NCBI GenBank assembly: GCA_047495785.1
Contig: JBLDXI010000033.1
Location: 930,001-994,000, forward strand
Direction: 5' to 3'
Source: Lepidodermella squamata
Taxonomy: Eukaryota; Animalia; Gastrotricha
Length of the DNA: 64,000 bases
Shown: positions 27,016 to 38,270 of the stretch, in pieces
Layout: each line of letters starts with the position of its first letter
How positions within the stretch are numbered: the stretch's first letter is position 1
The notes under the pieces: generated by a model
What the model was told of the DNA's origin: nothing
Databases searched by the model: none
What the model saw: only the letters and a program-made list of their open reading frames with translations
Translations under genes and position numbers: made by a program

Positions 27016-28772
27016 TTATTTGCCAATACGACATGGCATGTCTTCATCTACGATTAGTCGATTCGAAGTTGCATTAAGACTGCATCCCATGCACTGGCTG
27101 ATATCGTTGACTGGTGGAAAGTAGGTTTTACCATTCAGGGAAAGAAGGCCTTTCAGATCTCCAGTAAGGTCACGCGGCACAATGTTGCCGAAACAGTCCA
27201 AAATCGAGGTGAAGAAAACAATTGACGAGATAAAGAACGTCAGACAGTAAATGACTAGTCCGATGACATTGGCATGGTATAGGCAGCAAGGCGTAATGGT
27301 AAACTTCGGGTTCGAACTGTTTTTTGAATGTTTATCAGGCTTAGCTTTCTGAAATCCAACTCAAAAACTCAGAGGATTCACTAGCTTTAAATTATTGCTT
27401 ACCAAATGATACGGGCTGGATTCAGGAATTGGTCCGTCGTAAAGAGATGGTACATTTAGATTTTGCGTGAAAAGGTTCGGGATAGCAGGCAGGGCAACAT
27501 CATTTCGTTGCAAGAATGTTTTAACCCGCTGCTCCATTTCATACTGCTTGATGCTAAATGAAAATCGGCCCAAGATCGCCGATGCAATAGCAGAAATCAG
27601 TGATAGCGTGAACAGGCTCAAGATATACTTGAAAAGACACATATGTCAGAAATGAATCGAGAAATTTCAGCAGATTAATTTACGTAGTAAAGAAGAGGAA
27701 AGAAGTCTGCATTTGACGGTAAATTTGTGACCAAGTTCGAGAAGACAAAGAAAAAATTTAGCAGTACAGTGAATGAAACACCCATTTTCTCTTCAGATGC
27801 TGGCGGTAAAATGAAAATTATTGCTCCGGAAACCCCGAGAAGGATTGTCGGAATGACTACGCTAAAGCAAAAATGATCACAGAATTGGTATTTAGTATTA
27901 GGAAGGGGAAAAATTTGAACCCAAACCTGACAATATAAAACAGGGGTTTCCGCTTCAGAACGAATTCAAGCCGCATTATTTTGACCGTATTGAATAGCTG
28001 AATGGAATGCTGGCGACTTGCGATCAACTCCCATTGTGAGTTGGGAAGATATAAAGCTGTGCACACAGGATCGATCACACTGCGAAACAAGCTTCATATA
28101 GTCAAATTGTTGGCAATATCAGCGAAATTCTTACTCCTTTACAAATCCCACGTATTCCGACTCAGCTGTAAGAGAGATGTTCATGTCACAGACCTGATAG
28201 TCCCACGGAAATGACGTCAGTTTTAGCGAGCATTTAAGTAAGAATGGCATGTAAAAGCGCCATTTTACGTTTCCGAGGAAATCTAACTCCAAGGGTGAGT
28301 AAGACGAAACATCGCGGAAGTCGTTCAGATTCAGCAGGTTTAGAATTGTAAGCTTCGGGGTCCAGGCTGATGCCTGGCCGTTGCTAATGCCCATTGTTGG
28401 CGCTAGGCAAACGCCAAGTTCGTCGTTAACCCACGTGAAGCCATCTCGCGCTAGGTTGTACTGAAGTTCGAGGGCTCCGTTGATCAGCACAGTATTACTT
28501 GCCTCCTCGACATTCTGCACAGAGGCTATGTAGAAGTACGGCTGAAGGTCGATTATCTTCATCCCGCTAGAAACAGGTGGGATATTTGGGTCACTATTAG
28601 CAGTTTGCTCGAGCCTTTGTTTAATAACGGCTTGGTAATTAAACACTCCATCGAATTTAGATGCAATATCTCGCGCCAAGGTTGCGTTATTTTGCAGGTT
28701 CTTGCAATCATAAGACAAGCAAAGAATGTCAGCATGAAGACCAGCTAACACAAGGACGTAAAGGATTTTCAT
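27016..28772 (-). CDS. Divergent Cys-loop ligand-gated channel subunit L2 (cation-type M2), multi-exon
   Basis: WTPKL, Cys-loop CSLKLTSFPWDYQVC, KRKPLFY-M1, PPASEEKMGVSFTVLLNF M2, Cys-rich tail. Confidence 0.9.
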
Positions 28773-29060
28773 AGTTTTTCAGATTTTACGCCATCATGCC
28801 AGAAGCAAACCAAGCCAAGCCCTCACAAAGGCACTCAAGGGCCTTTGAGATTCGGTTAAGTGCATCATTCAGTGGGGAGCGCGAAAAAACATGGAATGTT
28901 TAAAAATGCATAGGATTCGAATTTCCAAATGTTCAAACTTTGCAGGAAGCAATAAATCAAACGTCCCTCGGAAGTTTTGCAACGTGAACTTTCGGCGCCT
29001 TTAACCTGAGAAAAGAATTTCTGTCCCAATTTCGACCTACTATGTGATAATTTTGCTGTT

Positions 29061-29677
29061 TTATTCACGACATGCTTTGGAGACGACAATCAAGAACTTT
29101 TCCCAAATCTGGGCATTGTTTTGAGAGTGGCGTTTGAAAATCGGAATAATGTGAAGGACAAGAAGAGACATTGCAGCGCCATTCAGGCCGAAACGTTGCA
29201 GGTGGGTTAAGCAGAACTGTTTTACACCTTCTCGCAAACCTGCAACATTCCCGGATCGTTGCACGCATTTTTCAACTCCTGTTAAAATGATGTTTCCGAA
29301 ATTGAGAAAATTCGGACCAATACTTGATATAACAAGTTGGGCTCTCGCTTTTGCGTAGAATGAAGCAATAGCTGGAATTGAGTTGATCCTATAAGTAAGA
29401 AAAATTAAATAGGATCCTGGAACTTCAAGGTGATTTCTCACTTTTCCGCTATTTCAGCAGCAATTATACCACGGTGAGATTTCATGTTTTCGAAACTTGA
29501 TCGAAGTTGTTGTTGCTCTTGAGCAGAGAATAGTTGGTTACCAGCGGTTTGTTCGGAAGATGCTCTGCATATCACAGCCGCTATCCGAACGGATTGAATC
29601 AAGTGCTTCGTTGCCAAGCCGTGGCTTTCATCACCAAGCTTAGAACTTTTCTCTAAATGCCCACAAGCGGATCCCAT
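29061..29677 (-). CDS. Divergent globin-like protein G5 (exons 29677-29442, 29388-29061)
   Basis: First ATG gives MGSACG; FSAQEQQQLRSSF..EIAEK | INSIPAIASFY; NFGNIILTGVEKCV; LTH(F8)LQRFGL; IWEKFL. Confidence 0.8.
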
Positions 29678-30259
29678 TTCAAATTCCCCAACTGAATGAA
29701 CTGAGCTAGCTCGCCGATGAAAGTCAATTTGAGTCACTTAAGCTCGATTATTATTGAGCTGTGTCTCAAATTTCAGCAAAGTACGGAAAGCACGCGATCG
29801 GAAATACATACCCATAAACTACAGCCAAAGCTAATACTTGTGAAGGGCGAAGCTTCCGTGATTTTTAACATCAAGCCCACGTAAAGAAAATGCTTATGGC
29901 ATGTCCGCACTCCTGCGTGCATTATTGGTATTAAAATTTGAAAAATGATACCTCCAACAAATGATAAGACAACTCTCGAACTAATTAGAGTCACACGAGC
30001 AAGATTAGTGCGTATATTGTCTGATAACAGTCAAATTGCGGTTGTAAATAACAATTCATAGGCATTTCCGGTAAAAATACGTGGGAAGTCAAATTTTTAC
30101 ACGTCGTAGCTATTCATCATATCAAAATAGTGATGTATTAGCCTTCTTTCATTCCTAAGCAACAAGTTGATTCGAAAAATATTTTTTTAAGATTAGCCGA
30201 ATTAGCAATCAGTCCATATGCTGATGAATCACGCCTTGTTGTTTTCTGCGCAGTATTTC

Positions 30260-30939
30260 TCAAGCTAAAATAAGGCGTTTGCTATTTGCCGAGAATATTC
30301 TTATAACGATATCAAAAAATTTGCTCCAAGCGGCCTGAACGTCCTGCACGGGGTACAAGCTACGCTCACTCTGTCGAATAGCTTGCTGAATGATGACTGG
30401 TTGAGACGCTCGAAGAGCATCGACCATCATAAAAGTGGGGACGTCGTAGAATTGAACGTGTCGCTCTCGCATGCCTTCAATTGCGCGAGCAAGAGATTGC
30501 AGATTGTCGACCCTGAGCAGGCAACGCTCGATTCCGCCGAGAAGTATCGTGCCCAAGATGGCTCCAGCCCACGCATCGCCCATCACTGAGTAACGAACCG
30601 CGTAATTCCTGTACTTCTCCCGCGCTCCTATCACCGAAGCTACGCTATTTTAACATCAAGAATAGAATCAAGGCGCTCAAGAATAGCCTTATCATACCTG
30701 ATGTGTATCTCGAGACAATCTTCGCTAGTATTTCGCTGCTTGATGCAATTGAAAGTGCCGCGTAAAATCGCGAGTTCCTCACTGGAGAACAGTACTTCAG
30801 GCTCAGTTTGGGTTGTTTCGTCAATTGATAGCCTATGACCTCCCGAACCCGAACCTTCCTGCTGTTGGTGGTAGACAGGGCAGCCACCCTCTGCGTTGTA
30901 AAGAAGACTTTTGCTTCGTGTAAGACCGTAAGATTGCAT
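30260..30939 (-). CDS. Divergent globin-like protein G6 (exons 30939-30698, 30644-30260)
   Basis: FSSEELAILRGTF..EIHIS | VASVIGAREKY; ILGTILLGGIERCLLRVDN; ERH(F8)VQFYDV; AAWSKFF. Confidence 0.85.
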
Positions 30940-31124
30940 CCTTCCTACTATAAATTCGGTGCCAAAAATGAGCTGGCTTTTAGTTTCGCAGAATTTATTC
31001 AGCTGTTAAATATACCGCCGGGGATTATTAAATTTAGTTAAAATTATGTAGCAAATGTGACCATATAATAAAAATACGGGTATAATTTAATTCACACCGG
31101 ATGATTTTAATAATAGTTTTTTCC

Positions 31125-31893
31125 TCAACCAGTTGATGGGCTGACAATTAGACCGCAGACAACTCGGAAAAACTTTGGCCAAGACCGGCAAATTTCGCAT
31201 GTCTCTTCGGGATTCTCCTGGTTTTCGTCGTGAGTATGGCACTGGAGCAGAGCTTCTATAATGCTTGGCTCACAGACTCGCAGAGCTCCAGCCATCATTA
31301 TTGGATGCACTTGATAAAAAGAAAATGTTGTATATAATATAACATAATAATAATATATTAAACATACCGTTATACTGCTCGCGGTGAGTTATCTTTAAGC
31401 GCCTAATCATCGCACGTAAACTTTTTGGGTTGTCAATTCGCAAAAGGCAACGTTCGATACCGCTCATCAATATTATTCCGAGATTTACAGCTGACCATGA
31501 GTTTCCGATATCATGCAGCGCACTTTCGTAACTTTGAACAGCCCCCTCGACAGTGGAAACCCGCTGTAGAAGTTGGAGAGCAGTCTCGTATGGGCACTTC
31601 TTGATGTGTTCAAACGTTTTCCGCAACGTCTCGACTTCTTCGGCTGTGAAATCGTCGTCAACATCTTCGAAGTTGACCGTCACTGCGTCATTTGATGTGT
31701 ACGACAGCGATTTGGCCACACTAGTACGCCCTGATCCAGAAATCATCGGACATAAGTCATTGCGCTTTCGCGGATCTTTCTCGTGGATGAAGGCTGAATG
31801 CTGATTTTTGCTGATGGGGCAGGCACTTTTCGAAACTGGCAACCGGGTTTCATTGACGTGGTTTGGCTTTGCTTTAGCGATATTAGCGCCCAT
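31125..31893 (-). CDS. Divergent globin-like protein G7 (exons 31893-31368, 31309-31125)
   Basis: MGANIA start; FTAEEVETLRKTF; NLGIILMSGIERCLLRIDNP; ITH(F8)REQYN | VHP; CHTH..CEICRSWPKFF. Confidence 0.85.
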
Positions 31894-33482
31894 TTCCAGT
31901 AAGTGAATGACCTCGTACGAAAAATGATAAAATTATATAATATGTAGCCTAGACATTAAGGACAACAGAAGACAGATTTTCGGATTATGAAAAGGGCACT
32001 TCATCCTATTTCCTACCGTGGACATGGAATTTCTGAACTGTAATGAGAATCTAGCGCTTTGGCAAATGTTTCGAATCCTTACAAACGCCAAAGAGGATCA
32101 TGTGATTTATCGAGAGGGCACTCAATGGCAACTGTCAGCTGCTGATGAATAAAAAGACATAAGTTGGCGAAACTTAATTAGGAATTACTAGCCGACCACA
32201 CTTGGTTAGTGCGCAATTAACCAATCATGCATGCTATATTGGGTAGCGTTTAGCGTTCAGCAAAGCGGCTTGTTGCAGCCATAAACCGGTGTTCTCCTAT
32301 TACAAAGGACTCTACACTGAATCGATGTTGAAAGCAGTTTTTCCAAATTAGGTGGTTTGACTGTTGATATGTCAGCTTATTAGGTGTACAGAAGTTTAAA
32401 ATTAAATGACTCTGGCTGTCATAGCTTTCACCATTGCTCTGCACTGGCCCTAATCTAATGCTTAAATTACAAGACTTGTTAGATATAAACTAGCTATGAT
32501 AAGCATGTCACATCGTTAACCTTGCGTTAGATGCAGTGATCCAAGAACAGCTTGAACTGATAACAGGGACCTACCCCGAAGATCATAAGAGAAACATTTT
32601 CGAGACGGCAGGTTGGTTTCCAGAGTGGCGTGCTGCAGGGTTCGACTCTGCTCGTCATTTTGCACACCCCAGCGCTCCTGGCGGTGAGTTTGATGCATAT
32701 GACGATGATTTGTGTTGGGCAGCAGTCCGCTCAGGGGCTACTTACCCAGAGGACGACATAGGCCCGCTCAGGCGGAAGTGTATCACGTGGCTGCTTGGAC
32801 CGGTTACTAAAGGGAGCAATTTAACGCTCCCGTCATTGCGAGGCTCGAACTCGGCGGCGCTGTGGCCCCTGGCCCCGCAAGTGTCAGTCCTTAGAATTAG
32901 GTTCGATGAGATGTTGCTTTGAAGTCCCACATCGATCACGTGCTTAATTGCTGTGGGCAAAAGTTGGTTCATGGTTCAACTCCGGCGGCCAGGGCTGTCT
33001 TTCCCATGGAGCCGTACCTCATATGCCTGGAACTCGTTCGTTCCGGCGACACCTTTGGCTCGTGCGCTTTGCGTCTGCTACGAAGACCCAGCTCCGCCGC
33101 CTTGACGTGCTCCGAAATAGCTGGCACCAGACATTACCAAAATTTTCAATGTAAATCCCGCGGCAATTTATCTTTCAGTTTTTGAGAATTGGGTGAAAAC
33201 TGCGGTGATTTTTCAGGTGCCGCCTTTACTCGAGTGCGGCCCTTATCTTTCACCAAGTTGCGATTTTATTAGGCAACATGGCATTTTCCCCCAAGATTAG
33301 CTCGCAGGCGTACGCATTAAGCAGGGACTGCATGTTATTCAGTCACTTTCCGACCAACCTAAATTGAATTTAATCTGCTAGCTGCTAGCATCTGTTGGCA
33401 TAGGTACTTGCAGAAGGTGTCAAGAGTCTAACAAGGGTTGCAGAGGCGACGAAAAAATGTTGAGGATTAATCACTTCAGTGT

Positions 33483-33631
33483 GCGAAGTAGGATCCGGGA
33501 GCTGAGGTGTTTTCTAGTTGTTTTCTGGGACCCAGCCGAAGAAACCAAAGGGTCCCCTCTGGTTTTTTAGCCGTCACCTGGGAGGAGTCCCGGAGCTGGG
33601 GTGTCGCGCGTTGCGCACCCCTGTACTTCGC
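33483..33631. ncRNA. Candidate structured RNA or element of unknown class
   Basis: Nested complementary segments GCGAAGTA/TACTTCGC, CCGGGA/TCCCGG, AGGTG/CACCT, GGGACCC/GGGTCCC and GGGGTG/CACCCC in a GC-rich island. Confidence 0.35.
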
Positions 33632-34522
33632 TTGAGATGTGCGGTGATTGAACGAGTGCAGCCTATATTAACGTACAAAGCTAGGAACAAGGGTGATTTT
33701 GCAGCGATTCTTCAGGTGCGGCCTTAATACTGAAAATTACAGTATGCTGAAATTCGACTTCAAGCAGTATGTGCGGTGTAACTGAACAGTCCAACAATTT
33801 AGGTTAAAGTTGTTCACCTGTCTTTTCGTCAATCTCGAACTCGAGGAGCCCATTGTTGTGCGATCAAGGAAAATCCGCTCAAAATGTCAGACTTTTTTCT
33901 AAAAAAACATTTGAAGAGGCGAATCTAAAAATGCCGACGACTCTTACAATCATCTTCAGCTCGTTTATTCGCTCGAATAACGGGGGCGATGCAACTTTCA
34001 TTTTTGATCAAAAAATACCCCCATTTCTATAGGAAGACTTTAAAACTGCTGTTTACCGACTTTTCGAGTAAAATGACATGCTGGGGACGACGAAACGCGT
34101 TGCCGGCAAGCTACTCCCAAGATTCGATTTTAACGAGAATTTCAGAAAAGTTTACCGCTAACTATAGCTATAGCATGGAGAAAACATAACTTTGAGAAAT
34201 TCCTCTCATCTTTAAGGAGTAATTGAAATATTGCGAGGACAAAATATTGTCCATCGTCCGTTAAAGAAGCGAACAAAGAAAAACTGGTCCGAGGCTACCG
34301 GCGGGGAAAGAACTAAGACCGCTGCTGGGAGCTTCGTAACTACAAAATCTGCTCTGGTTTCAACTCTGCTCTGGACCTGAGAGCCGTGATTGTTCCCAAG
34401 TGGCTGAAAATGTCTTTGTAAATAAAGAAGGGGGAGAAATAACATCAGCGTAGAAACAAGTGTATTTATTTTAGAATTTAAAGACAACGATAAACAATGT
34501 AAATTTTGAAGATAATCTGCCT

Positions 34523-35591
34523 TCAAGAAGAAGTCGTATGTAACAGATTAACTGTCTGCCTGAAAAATTTTAGCCACGCGTTCTGAACCTGATCGGAGGT
34601 GTAAGCGCACCGCGGCGTTGATGCACATGCCTTGACGATTTGATGGATGAATACATGCTGCGTGGCGCGTAGTGCCTGAGCCATCATGCGGGCGGACACA
34701 TTCATGTGTGAGTGATTATCGCGCTGCAAATGCACGGCGGCTTGATACTTCTTCAAATTATCGATCCGCAGCAGGATTCGCTCGATGCCAACACATACCG
34801 TTTGACCAAGGTTCTTGGAAGACCACCCGCTGCTGTTTGAGTGAATTTTGCAACGTTCTTCAAAGCGATCTTTCGCACCAGGCACAGTAATTACACTAGA
34901 GGACATACATAAAAATAAAAATAAAGCAATCCACCTTAAAAATTCATTACCAATTGTGGATGATTGTTTCTAAATCACTTCGCTGGAGTTTCAAAGTTGC
35001 GAAGGTGCTTCGAAGTAATGCCACCTCCTCTGACGTGAACTCTTCTATCGGAACCTCGGGATCATCGTCCAAATGCTGCTGGATAATGATGCAAGGTATT
35101 TTGAAATTGCAACTGTGACTACAATGCGCTCCATTGCTATGCGATCTGTGAGCATGAGACTTGCAAGCCGCATTGAGGTGAGACCGTTCTGAGTCATTAG
35201 AAGCCGGAGCGCTGTTGTTGTTGCAGAGGTACGGATGATGGCTGCTATGGGTGATGCATGGCGACAGGCTGTGGCACGCATTGCCGCATTTAGGATCATT
35301 ATCAGAACCATTCAGCATTTCGTCAGATGCAGCAAGTCTATTAAAATGGCTGAAGCTGTTGCGGTGATGATATAACAGAAGGCTAGAGTCTGGCAAGTCT
35401 AGATTGTTATCGACAGCGAACAAGCTCGTTGTATTAGCTAGATCGAACAGATCGAGTTTAGGTTTTTTGAATTGATTGCTCAGATCGGTGATAGAATTGC
35501 GCCACTCGCTAATGCTGTTTTTACCCTGCGTGTACAACTCGCGTACTGGCGAGCGCAGACTGTGCGCCTTCTCGGCGATAAAATCGAACAT
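34523..35591 (-). CDS. Divergent globin-like protein G8 with a long His/Cys-rich N-terminal extension (exons 35591-34951, 34895-34523)
   Basis: FTSEEVALLRSTF..TIIHNC | VITVP(C2)GAKDRF(CD1); NLGQTVCVGIERILLRIDN; DNH(F8)SHMNV; NAWLKFF. Confidence 0.85.
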
Positions 35592-36262
35592 CTTCAGACG
35601 CCGTAGACAGGGCGCGAAAATTCCTTAAATTATCTATTTGTGAGAGAAATAAAACACAGTAAAAAATTATCGACCTTTCCCATCGCCGTTGTATTAGCAG
35701 TATTAAAGCGACTCTTAAGAAACGCCTACTTACAAAGCGTGTGAAATCGTTAGTACAAATTCCCTTGCGAGAAGCCCTTATATGTTACCGAGAAGCAGTC
35801 ATGCAGTTGACAACTCGAGCTGATAGTCCCAGCATCAGGTTTGTCATATTCGATTAGTATGAGTTCGTATTTACTCTACGTTAGTTTTTCCCGTAAAATC
35901 TCCAGTTGTTGCACCAAGATAAACCCGAAAAATCTTGGTCAAAATGAGGGTCAAAAGATCAGACGGACGGATAATGACAAGTTTTCAGAGGAAAAAACGG
36001 GGACTCGGAAGAGATATTATCATGTTACTTCACCGTCATAAACAGAGCTTGAAAATTGATTATCTGCGATCGAAGATTTAAGACTGCGGGGCTTATGCCT
36101 CTGTTGATAGATTACTCTCATTCTAATTAATCGAAAAAATGCAAATTTCCTGATGCATTAGCGATGATCAAAGTCGGCGATAAAAGCCTAGCTTATCATG
36201 CTGATTAAAAATACTGAAAATGTGCGAGTGAGGCGGTTTTATTCAAGACCATTTTAGACATA

Positions 36263-36993
36263 TCAGTCAATAACAGTGAAATGGCGGCAGACGACGGTAA
36301 AGAACTTGGTCCACACGAAGCAGATTTCACAATGCGAATCGCCGTGGGAACGATGTGATCGCTTGAGTTCGGTCATGAAAGGCTTCTCCGCCTGTCGCAG
36401 CGCTTGCGTCATCAAGTCACCGGAAACCTGATATGACTCACGATGGCCGGATTTCAGTTTTGATATGAGCGTTCGTAGAGATTCCGGGCTGTCGATACGA
36501 AGCAGGCACCGCTCAATGCCGCTCATTAGGATCATGCCGAGGTTCATAGCAGACCAGGAATTTCCTATGTCATGGCGGTTCCGCTCGTATGTATCAGTAG
36601 CCCCTTTAATCTCCGAGATCCTGAAATATGCTAATTACAAAAAAATCAAATGACGTCATTAACTCACGTCTTCAGCATCTCTAAAGCGACCTCATCGCGA
36701 TTTTTCTTGACCTCTTCGAAAGAATCTCGTAAAATGCGTACTTCCTCTTCGGTGAAACGGTCGTCGTAAGATGACGTGCATGTTCCGTTCGTCAATGTTG
36801 ACTCTTCGCTTTTGCGTTGCGCGTTTGCGTCATCTTCTTGAAAGTTATGTGAGGTAATTTTAGGTGGCGAAGCGCGAGCTAATTGAGATCGTCTTAAAAT
36901 TGTCGCCACTCCAGCGCTGAAAGAACGCTTGATGCCAGACTGGCTCCTGCTTGAAGTGACTGACTCGTTCTGTTTTGTTTCCGAGGCTCCCAT
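36263..36993 (-). CDS. Divergent globin-like protein G9 (exons 36993-36668, 36620-36263)
   Basis: MGASET start; FTEEEVRILRDSF..EMLKT | ISEIKGATDTY; NLGMILMSGIERCLLRIDSP; SGH(F8)RESYQV; SHRSH..HCEICFVWTKFF. Confidence 0.85.
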
Positions 36994-38270
36994 GCTAGCA
37001 TTTCATAAACAATTCTAAATAATAGAAAAGGAAGTGGCTATGACCAATTTATTCATTCGAGTTGGCAGGTCGCGTAATTGATTTTAGCGATCAAGAATGA
37101 CATGACCGAGTTTCAAGCTCATCGAAACGTTTTTGCACTACTCGAATGTAACAGGAAAGTAAGCGTTTGACAACATATCTGCATCAAAACTCGATTTCAC
37201 TTGCTTTGCCCCTATTCAGTGAATGAATGGAAACTAAATAACAAGAACTTTTCGCCTGTCACCTTCATGCTATGGCATATGGCTCAGTTATCCATAATCA
37301 CATTTAACAAGAAGGGAATCATTAAATTCATCCGAACTAAAAGCTGAAGAAGCACATTTTTCTTCGGATGGAAACAACATCAAATAAATGTCAACTTCTC
37401 TAAAGGTTTTTAACCAGTTTTTATTCTTTGAGGAAATAGTTCTGCTATATTGAGCCTAGCTATGCCACCTAATGAAATTAAGTATTACAATGAAGGAGTC
37501 ATCATTAATACGGTAACTTATGCACTGCTTGCCGCCATCTGCCGATTATAATCATATCCATCGCTGGTTTGCGTGGGCAGACGCTATAGGTTTCTAAATG
37601 CTCTGATAACATTAAAAGCCACTGCGGAAAATCGATATTGCAGCATGAATATAGGTCCCCAGCTCCTTGCAGTATTTTGAGGAGCTGAAAACAAAGCAAA
37701 AGAAGAAAAGACCATTGCAGTTAATTTTCATCTTAACAAATTATATTCAACTTTATTTACGCACTGGCTTATTCACTGCGTATAGAATCTAATTTCAAGC
37801 GAATGAGACTACGGGGATTTAGCCTTCTTACAACATCAATGCTTATATCACGTGTTAACTTTTGGCGGCCATCGAAAACACACGAAGACGAAAAACAGGA
37901 AAGCGAATAGGCTTGACATGCGAATTTCGAATGAGCAAGAGATGAATGAAGAATGAATCTTAGCAAACCGCGCGTCTTAAATACGCCACTTGCCAAGACA
38001 GCTCGTGCTACCAGCTTGACGGAACAATAGGCGCAGTAACGCTGCATCCGAGAGAAAGCGTGCCCATGAGCGTGCATTTTCACTTGTTTCGTAAGCAGTG
38101 TTATTCATAACTTTTTCCATTCATTTTTTCTTGACTTTTATTTGTGATTCTCTCACCGCGAAAAGTTTAACATTTAACAATTGAATGACAGCTTTGAAAC
38201 CTTTCAAAATACAGTTTACAATCAACGTTTGCTCGATTAGCCAAGATGCATGTTCAATAGAAGATAGAAC

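Noticed and set aside
33190-33745. Two CAGGTGC(G/C)GCCTT-containing segments, one ending AAAATTACAGTA, resembling a pogo/Tc1 terminus; also GCCTTTAC resembling the U5 loop
   Set aside because: No matching opposite end was found, so no element can be delimited; the U5 loop needs four U residues and an Sm site
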